Shown here in pieces: positions 50,687 to 63,680 of a stretch of DNA of 64,000 bases; positions within the stretch are counted from its first letter, which is position 1, and the number at the start of each line of letters is the position of its first letter. Both the position numbers and the translations under genes were made by a program. Below the pieces are notes generated by a model. It saw only the letters and a program-made list of their open reading frames with translations. It searched no databases and was not told the origin of the DNA. Location: positions 203,174,001-203,238,000 of the forward strand of contig NC_042997.1 of NCBI RefSeq assembly GCF_006345805.1, read 5' to 3'. Source of the stretch: Octopus sinensis. Lineage: Eukaryota.

Positions 50687-52104
50687 TGCAGACTGGAGAA
50701 CAGCGATAATCTGCCCAATTTTCAAGAAAGGGAGCCGCGAAGACCCGCTTAACTACCGACCGGTTTCCCTTACATCAATAATCAGCAAGATGTTCGAAAC
50801 CATCCTTAAGAAAAGTATGATGCTCCACCTCCTAAACACAGCCTCGATCACTGATTCCCAACACGGCTTCATGCCGAAGAGATCATGCTTGACCAACTTA
50901 CTAGTAATGGAAGAATTGGTGACGCGCATCCTCGATGATAGTGATGCTGTTGACATCGTTTTATTGGACTTTGCCAAAGCTTCTGACTCGGTAAACCACC
51001 ACCTACTACTTGTCAAGCTTCAAGCATATAGTTTCCATCCGGACATTGTACGATGGGTTGGTGCCTTCCTCTCAGATCGCTCCTTCCAAGTTCAAGTTAA
51101 TGGTTCGCGGTCCGACGTCTCCAGTGCAAGCAGTGGCGTGCCTCAAGGTTCAGTGCTTGGGCCCTTGTTGTTCTTAGTCTTCATAAATGACTTGCCCGAC
51201 GACCTCACGCAACATACCCTTCTATTTGCCGACGATATCAAACTGGTCGCTCCTCGCGGTAGTATAGAGGATCTTCGTCGATGCCTCCACCAAATTTGGA
51301 AGTGGTCTAACGATTGGGACCTGTGTCTGAACGTGTCAAAGTGCTGTCATCTGCCTGTCGGCTCTACTCCTGCAACTCAACTTGATTTCGAGCCGGGTCG
51401 TCTGCTGCTGGAGAGGACCGATCAGGTAAAGGACCTGGGTATCTTGATGGATTCCTCCTTTTCGCCTTCGGCCCAGTGCGTCCATGCTGCCAACAAAGCG
51501 CGCGGAATTCTGTTTTTGATTCGACGGTCATTCGGAATGCTCACAGCAGCCATATTCCTGCCACTCTATGTCACGCTGGTGAGACCCATATTGGAGTATG
51601 GGATTCAAGCCTCTTCTCCTTATCTCCTGAAAGACATACAGCACCTCGAAAGAGTCCAGAGGCTGGCTACCCGCATGGTTCATGGTCTCAAAAATTTGTC
51701 CTACGAAGAAAGGCTGAGGACGCTCGACCTTTGTTCTCTTGAAAAACGCCGCCGCCGTGGTGATCTCATTCTCGCCCACAACATCATAAGCGGAAAGTGT
51801 AACCTCTCGAAAGAGCTGTTCTTCACTCCTGCTCCGGAGCGTCGGCTGCGGGGTCATTCCGAAAAGCTCTACCTGCGACGATTTCATCTCAATCGAAGGA
51901 GAGGAGCTTTCTCCGTCCGGGTTGCGGATCCGTGGAACAAGCTGCCAGACGAGATGGTGAAGATGCCGACGACCGCTTTGTTCAAAGCCTCCCTGGACCT
52001 CAAGTGGCCTGAACTCTTTACATGAACACCACCCTGTACTTAACTCCATGTCCCCCTACATGGCCTTGCTATTTGCTTTTGAGCCAATTAACTAACTAAC
52101 TAAC
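50687..52104 (+). mobile_element. 5'-truncated CR1-clade LINE copy 2 with open RT frame (ATG 50790 to stop 52025)
   Basis: Near-identical to copy 1 (roughly 97-98% by eye) and in the opposite orientation. It has the same 3' UTR stem-loop CCATGT-CCCCCT-ACATGG and (TAAC)4 tail. No clear TSD. Confidence 0.93.
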
Positions 52105-54787
52105 TAAGAGAAATAGTTTCATACAAAAATTTCTTGTGAGCCTTTATTTTAATTAAATAACATTAATTCCTTCTAATTTGTATTTTTCTAAATAAAATAT
52201 ATAAACAGTGTTGAACTACCCTTGGCATGGCACACATACACGGGGGGGGGGGCATGTGTTCATGTATATATGCCATATAGATACATTTCTAATTATTACA
52301 TTAAAAATGTCTAAACATTAGACAGGAAAAAGCAATTATCCAGATTGAGTTCAATTTTTGGCTTCTTGTCTCAGGATATAATAAATATTTTATTTTTCAG
52401 AAACAAGACAATATACAATTTAATGTTGCTGATAATGTGAGTTACTGAGGAGGGCGAAAAACGCTGAGGGTGGAGTTATACAATCAATACAATCATGAGG
52501 TTGCACAATATTTTGATAACAAATGTTTTAATCATCAGTTCTATTTCATTTCAATGCATTCTAGATATGGCCACCATTATGGTTCCCTAAGGCCAATATC
52601 TCCAATCTAATTCTATCTCTTTGCTAAACTTTCTGCACCAGCAATCAATACTCTAATACTAACAGTATTCACTCGCCTAAATCTCTTCACAGTATCATAA
52701 CTTCCATCTTATTGCCAGCAATATAAAATACTTTTGATTTGTAAGTATTATTCAGCCATTTCCAACATCCTCTGTTACATTATCATGCAACCAAATGAAA
52801 TATGAGGACACTGGTCAGCAAGAAACCATCACTAATTTCTTTTTCTTTTTTTTTTTCTCCCTGCATTGTTCATATGGAGGGGGGAAATGTTTTAGAAAAA
52901 AAGAAATACTCAGTTGATTGCTACAACAGCGGAACCAAACATATGAACAATGCCTACAACATAGTATCTACCATACCTAAACTGAAATATTCAGCTTCTC
53001 CTCTTAGTATGCATGAAAGGAAAGAATCACATTGAAACAAAATTTCAAGATTACAAATTTTCTTATAAAACCCTAGGCATCTCTAGAAGTCCTTCAGAGA
53101 TCAGAGATATAGAAGCTGTTGTTGTTAATGTTTAATCCTAGATCTGCCCTAATCTGAGGTTAAACATTTGACATCAAGTCAAAGGTGCCCCAGCTTTTTC
53201 CACCCAGTCTGACCTTCAAGTATAGGACTGCATTAACATGTTCTAACCTTTTCAGATCAGTAAGGTTTAACTTAAAAGATTTGGTTGCTGTTTCTAGCAG
53301 TTTAGGTGGTGACCACTTAGAGGTTTCCTTCTGAGAGTGCTGCTGTTCGTATGAAATCTAAAAAGTAAGCAGTCAGTATTTGGCAAAAATAAAAAGAATT
53401 TCATATCGATATGGTTCTGAAAAGCAAGTTTTGTACATAATGTTAACTGCAGAGCTTAGAGCAAGAGAATGCAATTAAAGAATGTAATTAAAACAGCTTT
53501 GATTAGGGCAATTAGTGAGAATATCTGCATCAATGAGAAAAAGGGAGCAACAATAGTGTAACTGTGGACCAGGTTTCAATAATAGTGTATGTAAGATTTG
53601 TTAATTGGATTTATGAATGTAATTTAAGGCACCATTGATCAATGGAACCATACCATTTCAAATGTAAACATATTTCGGGGTGTACTTATAACCCTTTTGT
53701 CCCCATATTTCTGTAAACATACACTGCCTTCATTTGAAATAATTTTGAAAAATAATGAAGTATTTAGAATAATAATTATCATTAAGATGGTGCTTGATGC
53801 TAATTATCATGGAATTTGGATGAAAGGCTTTAATTTTCATCAATTAAAAATGAGAAAGTTTATACCACAAAACAAGGGGCAGTCTCAGGTGAGTTGGTAT
53901 CAAAAATGTGGTTGAAACAAAGAAATATACGAAGCTAAATAACAAGTGAGAAGCTATGCTTCTTTGTAGAAGCATTGATTGATAAGTTATATATCGGATA
54001 AATACCAGTAAAATAATAGTAATCACAAGTTTCAACAGAAAATAAATATATTTATGTATTCATAATTAAAAAAAAATGTTCTTTCAAACTTCAGATTTCA
54101 TGGAAATAATTATCTCAAACCAATGATCCTTTGACAGCAATTTTCCATGTTTTACTCAACCCCCCACCCACCCTCCACTGACAAAAGATACATTTTTGTA
54201 GGATATTATTTTAAATATTTTTGAAAAATAGATTTTTAATGATAAACAAACAAGAATACTAAAACCTAATTTTGCAATATGCTGGCCAACCTCAGCTTCA
54301 TTTAAAACTGTTTACAAAATGTCCTTTATTTTCCATTATCTAAACAAACTGAATTCAATATTATTTACTTCAGCACTTTCTGTATTAATCAACCAAAACA
54401 CACAAGTGTTTACATTCTACACTGCCAATTAGTAATGAACTTGCACACCTCTTTATTGCCTGATGCAAGATTAAGATAATTATCCACGTCCCTCAAGCTT
54501 CAAAGAAATTCTTTTCTTCCAACAACAGCAACAATGCTTTTAGCAACATATTTAGCATACTATATAAGGGAAATTAAAGAAACAAAACATATATCAAAAA
54601 TATTGCACTTCTGTTAGATACACACAAACACCTACAGAATTTCAGATAAACCTTACAACTTCCGTATGTAGGGGAAAAAACCGCTTGACCATTAATTTTG
54701 AGAAGCTGGAAGTCAAGTAAGTGTCCACACTTAAGGGAAATCAAATGAATTTTAACAATTTTAAATCCTGAAATCAGAATTGCCATC

Positions 54788-55270
54788 TTACTTTTACTTG
54801 TTTCAGTCATTAGACTGCAGCCATGCTGGGGCACTGCCTTGAAGAATGTTAGTCGAACAAATCAAACCCACTACATTTCTTAAGCCTGGTACTTATTGCA
54901 TTAGACCCTTTTGCTGAACTGCTAAGTCATGGGGCATAAACACACCAGCACCAGTTGTACTTGTGGAGGACAAATACAGACAAAGACACACACACACACA
55001 TACACACACACACACATAAACATATATAAAAGAATAAGTCCTGGGGTTGATTTGTTCGACTAAAGGTGGTACTCCAGCATGGCTGCAGTCAAATGACTGA
55101 AACATGTAAAAAGAATAAAAGAATATATGATAGGCTTCTCTCAGTTTCCATCTACCAAATTTACTTACAAGGCTATGCTAGAAGACACTTGCCCAAAGTG
55201 TCATGCGGTGGGACGGAATTCGGAACCATGTGGCTGGGAAGCAAACTTTTTTTTTTATCACACAGCTACA
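54788..55270 (-). mobile_element. SINE family A with an oppositely oriented family-A tail fragment (about 55031-55122) in its microsatellite
   Basis: Minus tail 54788-54990, plus-strand tail AGAATAAGTCCTGGGG..GACTGAAACATGTAAAAGA, then minus head 55131-55270. Confidence 0.72.
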
Positions 55271-57744
55271 TCTCTGCACACACACACACACATATATATA
55301 TAAACCATTTATTGACAATAATATCTAATTTGGTGTCTCAACATTATTCTCCATTTGTTGTACATTCTACTAATTCAATTCTTTAAATTTACCTCGTTTT
55401 TCTACAAATTTTTCTTTGCTCTTAACACTGTCAACACATGCCCAATACCTCCTCCAAGCCCTCTGCCTTTTGTGTACACACCATTTCAACTGACTTAGGT
55501 CTTGCGATTAATTTCAATCATACACTCCTTCCTCCCACATTGAACAATTCCTGTCCTTCAGTATTACTCCTCCGCTCATTTCATTTTCTCATTTCCATTC
55601 TCGTGTTCGAAATAAAAACACAATTATTTTCTGCCAATGCAAAATGTCACTACTCTCCTAGCATTCTACTGTTTTAGTGTTTAATGTGGAGTTCTTGTCT
55701 CTCACTACCACCATTGTCGGATTCAACTATAAATGTAGAGCATTATTCTTACTCAAGATAAAAGCAGCTATTGGTTGGAAGTAAAGGTAATAGTGCAAAA
55801 AAGGAACCATAAAGGGATTACGTTGGACTCTAAATCTGATAGGGTTTTAAAGCCATACTACAAACATTAAATACCCTATAATACATGACAAAAGTCAAGC
55901 TTCAGTCACATACTCAAACAACTACTTTGTTTAATGGCTTGAACATTGTTTTCTCATAGACCTGATGTTTCATATGAAGGTGAGCCTGAGTGTGTGGATC
56001 TACAATCAGAATGGATGTAATGTGCCAATAAACAGAGATAATTATTGAAGTTGGTGAGGCAATTAACAGAATAAGGAAGGAACATCTTTGGTGCAAACCC
56101 TTTTCTGACTCAAAGTCTCATAGAAAAGTTTGAAGAGATACCTTAATTTACTGGTATGAAACCAAAACCATGTGGTTGGCAGACAATCTTCTCAGACAGA
56201 GAGCCATACTTGCACCTCTATGACACATAAAAGGCACCCATCTAGGAGTGGTTAGCATTAGGAAGGGCATCCAGCCATAGAAACCAAGTGAAATCAGGCT
56301 GGAGCTTGGTGCAGCTTCCAGCTTAGCAGTTCCGCTCAAACTAATTCATGCCAGCATGGAAAATGGACGCTAAATGATGATGAGCGGTAGGTGGGCAGGT
56401 AGGTAGGTAGGTACATAGATGGATGGAGAGATGGATAGAGATATACACACAAACACACAGCTTGTGTTTAAAAGTTGTTATTTTTATGCTTAAAAGTGGT
56501 TGAATTACCTCTTTCACTAAGTTTTTTTTTTTTTTATTCTTTTATAATTCCATCAGATCACATTTAAATCTGTAAGACAAAATGTTATGATGAAATTCTA
56601 CATAATGGTAAGATTTCCAGGAACACAACACTTATAATGCAAGGGGATGCTTGTGCTTCAGTTAAGCAATTCTGAGTCATTAAGAAAACATTGCTTTTAT
56701 ATACAAATCTTTTTCATTCAAAAAAGTTTTGACATTTTGAAAGACATTAATGTACCATATACAAGTACGCTTCATTAGGAATCAGTCTGAGAAAGAATAC
56801 TTTCAATGAAATATCAGAACCGTAAATTGATGTTAACAAAGAAATTATAAAAATTCAGATTTAACTAACAAGAAATTATAATTTTTACATAGATTTTAAA
56901 ATATCTACTCAGCTATATATAGGTTAACTTCCCAACAAAATTTGTAATATCCCAGGATAGAATCTATATGTGTCAGTTGAAATGATTGGAATATTTATCT
57001 TTTTTTCCTTCTCTATTATATCAAATAAATTGAAATCTGTAAAAGAAACTTGAAAGTCAAAGTTGAAGAAAATCTGAAGGAGATACTGTCTCTCAGATGA
57101 GAGATACAAATGTTTTTACATTGAGAATAGTTTCACAGACGTCATAAATATGAAATGCCATCAATAAATATGATGAGAGTGAAGTATGAGAGTGTTTCAC
57201 AAGTCTTTTATATAAATCATTTTATACCATACATTTGTAAGTGTACACACACACACACACAAACAAACACAATTTCATCCTTCATATTAATACAAAATAT
57301 TAAATAAAAAAAAAAGCACTAAAATTGAATTGGAATTTTTTTCTTTTTTTTCTTAACTGCAACATTTTCAGAAATCAAATCTAAAAGTTGAGATAGAAAT
57401 CCTGGGTGGAGAGATAGAAATGAGGGAATGTTAAGAAATGGTTTCCTTAGTTGTTTTATTGCATTTTCTACCTAATGTGTCATTTGGGTTCCGTCTCTAC
57501 TTTGGATTCAGTCCTACTGTGTCAATGAGTCATCTACTGGCTTTGCAACTTCGAAGACATGGAATAAAACATTTTTTACTTGAAGAACAAGTAGAAATTA
57601 ACAACAGAGAGGACCTCCTTTTGTAAAACACTGCCTCAATAATATATTCACCTAACCCATGATAGTATGCAAAAACAAATGATAAAAACAAACTCTTCTA
57701 CTTTATAATCCACAAAAATTATTAATCTAATAAAAGGTAGCAAG

Positions 57745-58490
57745 TTGGCAGAATTGTTGGTACACCAGACAAAATGCTCTGAAGCATTTCTTCCAGTTTT
57801 ACATTCTGAGTTCAGATCCCACCAAAGTTGAGTTTACCTTTCATGCTTTTGGGGGTCAGTAAAATAAGTACCAGTCAAGCACTAGGGTCCAATGTGTTCA
57901 ACTTCCACTTCCCCTCAAAATTGCTAGCCTTATGTCAAAATTAGAAAGAATTATAACGGAGATGTACTTGCATAGCAAGTGACGATCTGAGATTGTGTGC
58001 TGGAACAAAAACAATTGCAGCGTTGAAGGTGTTTATAAGCCATTTAAGAAACACACAAAAACCGTTAGAGTCACTTCAACATTTAAATTTAATTTGTCAA
58101 AATATTTTCGTCGCTTTGAGACCGCGACCTGTTCACTGACAAAACTTCATGCTGCACAAAGTTTTGTCAGTGAACAGGTCGCAGTCTCAAAGCGACGAAA
58201 ATATTTTGACAAATTAAATTTAAATGTTGAAGTGAATCTAACGGTTTTTGTGTGTTTCTTAGAAAGAATTATTATAATCATCAACTGTAAAGCAGTGAGT
58301 TTGTAGAATCACCAGCATGCCAGATGAAATGCTTCACAGCCTTACTTTCAGCTTTATGATCTGAGTCTAAATTCCAAAGTTGAGTGCCTTTCAGGGTCAA
58401 TGAAATAAGTATCAGTTGAGTACTGGAGCCAATGTAATCAACTGACCCCTTCATTCCAAAATCTCAGGCTTTGTGCCTATAGTAGAAAAT
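57745..58490 (+). mobile_element. Two diverged SINE family B copies (about 57745-57954 and 58295-58490) flanking the fold-back insertion
   Basis: Both carry TTGGCAGAAT/ACCAGCATGCCAG heads and ..CCTTTCA..AATAAGTA(C/T)CAG.. cores. Confidence 0.62.
57955..58258 (-). mobile_element. Short retro-insertion with a 103-bp fold-back and 14-bp TSD (Penelope-like architecture)
   Basis: TSD TTAGAAAGAATTAT at 57941-57954 and 58259-58272. Arms 58045-58147 and 58159-58261 have 2 mismatches and an 11-nt loop. The orientation and the Penelope assignment are inferred from the inverted-duplicate structure. Confidence 0.6.
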
Positions 58491-58727
58491 ATTTTGTTAT
58501 TATTTCACAAAGCATCCAAACAAGGGGATCCCAACACTAGGAAACCCATCAAGTGACCCTGTGGTGTGAACTGTTCCACAGCCACAAAAAAGAGAAGATG
58601 TTAGGGACACGTTATATCCCCATTTCACTTTGGGGTTACTAATTAGACCAATTCCACAAAGAAGCAAGAGGAATAAGTTAAACTGGTCCCATGTTGACAA
58701 ATTGAGGAAAATATATATATATATATA

Positions 58728-59065
58728 TTCTTTTACTTGTTTCAGTCATTTGACTGTGGCCATGCTGGAGCACCACTTTTAGTCGAACAAGTCAACCCCA
58801 GGACTTATTCTTTGTAAGCCTAGTATTTATTCTCTTTTGCTGAACTGCTAGGTGACCGGAATGTAAGCAAACCAACAATCAGTTGTCAAGTGATGGTGGG
58901 GGAACAGACACATACACACATATATATAAAAAAATATATATATATATACACAACAGGCTTGTTTTAGTTTTCACCTACCAAATCCACTCACAAGGCTTTG
59001 GTCAGCCTGAGGCTATAATAGAAGAGACTTGCCCAAGGTGCCGAACAGTGGGAATAAACCCAGAA
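58728..59065 (-). mobile_element. SINE family A
   Basis: Reverse-complement tail, microsatellite and partial head. Confidence 0.75.
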
Positions 59066-62000
59066 TCATATATATATATATAAATACATAATCTAAATGG
59101 AATGTAACATTTTTGCCAAAATACATCAGGTGAAACATCTTTGATTATTATTTTGGTAAGTATATGATTAATAACAATATTGAAAATTTGATCTGTTTAA
59201 GCCAATAAATACTCATCAGTGTACAGCTGATCACAAGGTCAAAAATTTTGCTTTTGTTGCATGTGATTATATTAAGTAACTTTATTAATATATCAAAGCC
59301 TGGCCATCTATAATATAGTAAGAAGCAATTATGCAGTAATGCTACGGCAATGAACATTAACAAAAAAAAAAAATCAATATCTGTGTGTGTGGGGGTGGGG
59401 CATGGTCTGTATGTATTTCATACATGTATGTGTAGGGTAAGCAACAGATTCACAGGAGTTAAATCATGAGCATTTTTCAAGTAACAGTGAATCATGACTT
59501 CAAGTGTTCAATTTAATATGGTTTCAACTAATGGTGCCAACATTGAAGTGTTGAGGATCATGATCTGCTCAGATAGGTTGCTGGAGATTATACGTAGCTT
59601 CTGTTCTTAAAAGGCCGAATTAGTTTGGAGAGCTGTTATTACAAAGTAGGTGGGAGATGTTTAGATAAGTGCTACATTTATTGGCAACACACACATTTTC
59701 TCACCATAAGAAAGTTAAGCTTTCATAAGGAAAGTTGTTGATAATGCTACAGACATAGATTAGAAACACAAAGGGCACATACAGGCACGGCTGTGAGGTT
59801 AAGAAGTTTACTTTACAACTGAGTTTAATCCCACCAAGTGGCACAGTGGGGCAAGGGCCTTTTATCTATCATAGCCTAGAGTTGACCCAAGAGCAACTGA
59901 GTAAATGAAATCTGTGCAGATATGCTGTTTCTGTTCTTGGGTGGGAATCTAATCCATCACAAAGTTCACCATCGCTACATGGCTATTAGATGCCTTTAAC
60001 AGGGTCCAGTCTGTTGTAAGAATTCAGCCTAGCTCTCTAGTGTGAAGATAATCTGATACCATGATACACTGCTCCCAAGTGCAGCAACCCATCAGTAGTT
60101 GTCTCCTTTTATTTACCTAACAGGTCTAAGAAACCTTGCAAAAAGAAAAAAAAGAAAAAACAGGCCATTGGCTCTGTCCTTTTTTTAGTCTAACCAAATT
60201 CTGTTTTTCTTACTCTCTCTCTCTGTGCATGTGGTTGCATGATCAAGTAGTTTGCATCATAAAAATGAGGTTTATGGCTTGTTCTCACTATCAGCTGATG
60301 TCTTTTATTATAGTTGTGGATCAACCAATGTTTGTGAAATCGGGTAAATAAAAATTGTAAGAAGACCAGTGTGTGTGTGTGTGTGTGTGTGTTTTCCCTT
60401 TCTTAACAAAAATCATTATTAAATGGTGTCACTGGTTTACATTCTTCTACTTGAGTATGTCAGGGAAATATCAGTTTCCTTGGGAACAAGGACTGGTGAC
60501 AAGAGCTCCTGGCCACAGAAAAATTTTCCTCAATATGTTCATCAACCCCAGGAGATCATACAAGAGCAGGCATAAAATGACAGTGTGTGTGTGTGTGTGT
60601 GTGGAGGATGGTACAAAATAGATGAAAAGTATTTTAAGTTTGGTGAAGCAATAGAAAAAGATGAAGATTGTAAAGTTTAAAAAAAGGAAAAATGGTTAAA
60701 AAACTATTAAAAAAAGTTCAGAAGGTATGATCCCTAATAAACTGAGATAGGGATAACAGAAGGTATGCAGTTTAACACTGTGATATGACTATAAGAGAAA
60801 TACATGAATGCTACTTACTGGTTTGAGGAGTTAAAAAGCTTTTAAATCAACAGCTATTATGTTATTTTAAAGAGAGAATGAAAAAAAGGTTTACTTTACA
60901 CAACTTGGAAATTTAGTCTCTTACATGAAATCTTACAGTAGATATTGTGACTGAGTGCTTCTCTTAATGCTAGAGACACTATCATATGACTGAGGTACTT
61001 CTTAGACTGAAGGATGATGTTTATATTAATGCATCTGAAGCTTACAAAGTCAGATAATCATTCTATTCTCATTAAACATACAGCAATTCAACAAGTGTCA
61101 TTTCCGTCAATAGATTCAAGAGAAACATCACTGAACCCTTCAGCATTCAGATTACTCTTGTCAAATGTAATACTTATTCATACTGTTCTGAATTAATCAC
61201 ATATCTTACAGCTTCAAGATTTTTAACACAAAACAGGTAAAATATTGGGCCTGATATAGCTGGTTTAAATGATAAAGGGTTAAAAACCAAAAGGATTCAT
61301 CTTGATAACATTTGATTTATATTCTTTTAGAGAGACAAAAACAAAAAAGACCTCCAGTAGATTGTGATTGTATATATCTTTCAACCTCTACAAAATGCAA
61401 TACTCTATCCACAAATGCTACGTACAAACTTTGCATTTAGATTTGATTGTCATCTTACTTGTGATTAACTGAAATATTTCTTATTGAAACAACATTTACA
61501 GAACAGAGAGCATCTTTTAGCTTGTAATTTCTTGTTTCCTACTGCTACTAACATAAACTTCATAAATGCATTATCTCTTTCTCTGTGTGTGTGTGTTTTT
61601 TCCTCTCTCTCCTTAGATGTCATGTTTTCCCTTCACATCATTTGTAGTTCCTGCCATTTCTACATGTCAGCCTTGATATAGTATATAATGTAATATTGAT
61701 CTCGATCTCTCTCTCTCTGTTATAAGATAACTTTACAAGTGAAGTGATTGAAAGGATCCAGCTCAAAGTCTATTGATTCTAGTTTGAATAACAAAAGATA
61801 AAATGCAAAGAGATACAAATAAATAAAGCTTACTTCAGAAAAGTAGATAACAAATTACAAAAATAATTGTGTACCGAGATACTTTGATGGGCAATACAAG
61901 GTGGATGATTCAAATGACTAAAGAGAGTCTTTGGTGCCCAAAAGAAGAAGCAAGTACAATTTCAATATTAATAATTGTAATTTTACAGTCCTTAAAGTGA

Positions 62001-62169
62001 GAAGTGTATAACTGAACAACCTAACATGGAAGTTTTATGAAACTATGAGCCATATGTATAAATATAAGTCCAACAAGAACAAGGATTTCACATGGAAATA
62101 GGAGGTAATATAGTTTTATGATGGAAACATGGTAAAAGAAGTATTCAAGAGATTTGGGTAACACGCTCA

Positions 62170-62470
62170 AACTGACCATAGCGGTTAGGATATTCGGCCA
62201 TGAGTTTGATACCTGGCAGTATGTTGTGTCTTTGAGCAAGACACCTTATTTCATATTGCTCCAGCTCACTCAGATGGCAAAAATGAGTTGTACCTGTATT
62301 TCAGCCTCATCACAATCTGTGTCACGCTGAATCTCCCCGAGAACTTCATTAATAAGGGTGTGGGTGTCTATGGAGTGCTCGGACACTTGTGCATTAATTT
62401 CATGAAACAGGTTGTCCCATTGATCAGATCAACTGGAACTCTCCTTGTCGTAACTGACAGAGAACCAGTA
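62170..62470 (+). mobile_element. SINE family C (TGTGTCTTTGAGCAAGACAC core)
   Basis: tRNA-like start, V/CORE-like core and a 3' domain (..CTGAATCTCCCCGAGAACT..GGAGTGCTC..GATCAACTGGAAC) also seen degenerate at about 1370-1460 and 5290-5450. Confidence 0.55.
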
Positions 62471-63209
62471 GTAGATACAACAAGTCATATAGATGTTTTA
62501 TTTACATTAACCCTTTTTCTTACCTTACTTCTGTTTCAGGAAATGTTGAAAATAATGCAGAATTAAGTAAATATAACTTTTTCATTATTAAGCTAATATA
62601 TAGAGCTTAAAACAAAATTTTGATGGAAGGTTTTAATTTAGATCACTTTGAAACAGAAAGCTTATATAATAGAACCAAGGTTATTTTTCAGGTAGATTTG
62701 GTATCAAAACAATGAAAGACTAACAAATATTCTTAAATTTATACTTTTCTTTATTTGAAAATGACCCCATTGTGGAAAGCTTACAAGAAAATCCAGACTC
62801 CTTGTGATTGTTTAGTCTCAGGTCAGCCTGCTATTTCCACTAAGTGTCCATCTCAATAAGAACCTTAGTATACATGCATGTGTGAATGAATGAATGTATC
62901 ACTAAAAACATAAATCCATAAATTATTTACATCTCAAGCATTAAATACAATACCCAGTCAAACAGGGTATGACATGGCATTGTAAAAGTGAAAAGAATGT
63001 CTTTTGAAAAAGAACATTGATCAAAGCTAATCATTCCAGTCTACTCAATATGTATTCAATAATAATATCAAAATCTGATGATGTTGTACTCAGATATACT
63101 CTACACTTTATTTAACAAAGGTCCCAGTTATAGTTATAAAATTGCACACACACATGCACGCAAGTACAAAAAGTACCGGGTGAACCAGGTATTTGCTAAC
63201 ACAACTTTA

Positions 63210-63367
63210 GGTGCAGGCATAGCTGTGTGGTCAAGAGAGTTGCTTCCCAACCACATGGCTTCGGGTTCAGTCCCATTGCATAACAGCTTGGGCAAATGTC
63301 TTCTATTATAGCCAAAACCTTGTGAGTATATCTGGTACATGGAAACTGAAAGAAGACCATCACGTGT

Positions 63368-63426
<59 letters not shown>

Positions 63427-63680
63427 CATGCATGTGTGTGTACATACAAGTGTATGTTTGTGTCTGCTTGTCTTGACATCAGGTGTTGGTTGTAAATGTG
63501 AGCAGCAATCACACAAGCAGTGTCATTCATTTCCAACAATCTGGGAAAACAAGTCTGGGCATAGGGAAATACTACTTTGCTTGGAAAAAGGTCAGAATTG
63601 GTGAGCAGGGCATTGGGCCACAGAAAATCCATCTCAAACTAACCCATACAAACATAGAAAAGTGGATGTTAAGATAAAGA
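63210..63680 (+). mobile_element. SINE family A head, (GT)(GA)n and RTE-type tail
   Basis: Same architecture as 879-1290 and 10785-11300. Confidence 0.72.

Noticed and set aside
58130-58200. Hammerhead within the 103-bp fold-back (CTGACAA..)
   Set aside because: The core G8 is missing and no GAAA or stem arrangement follows.
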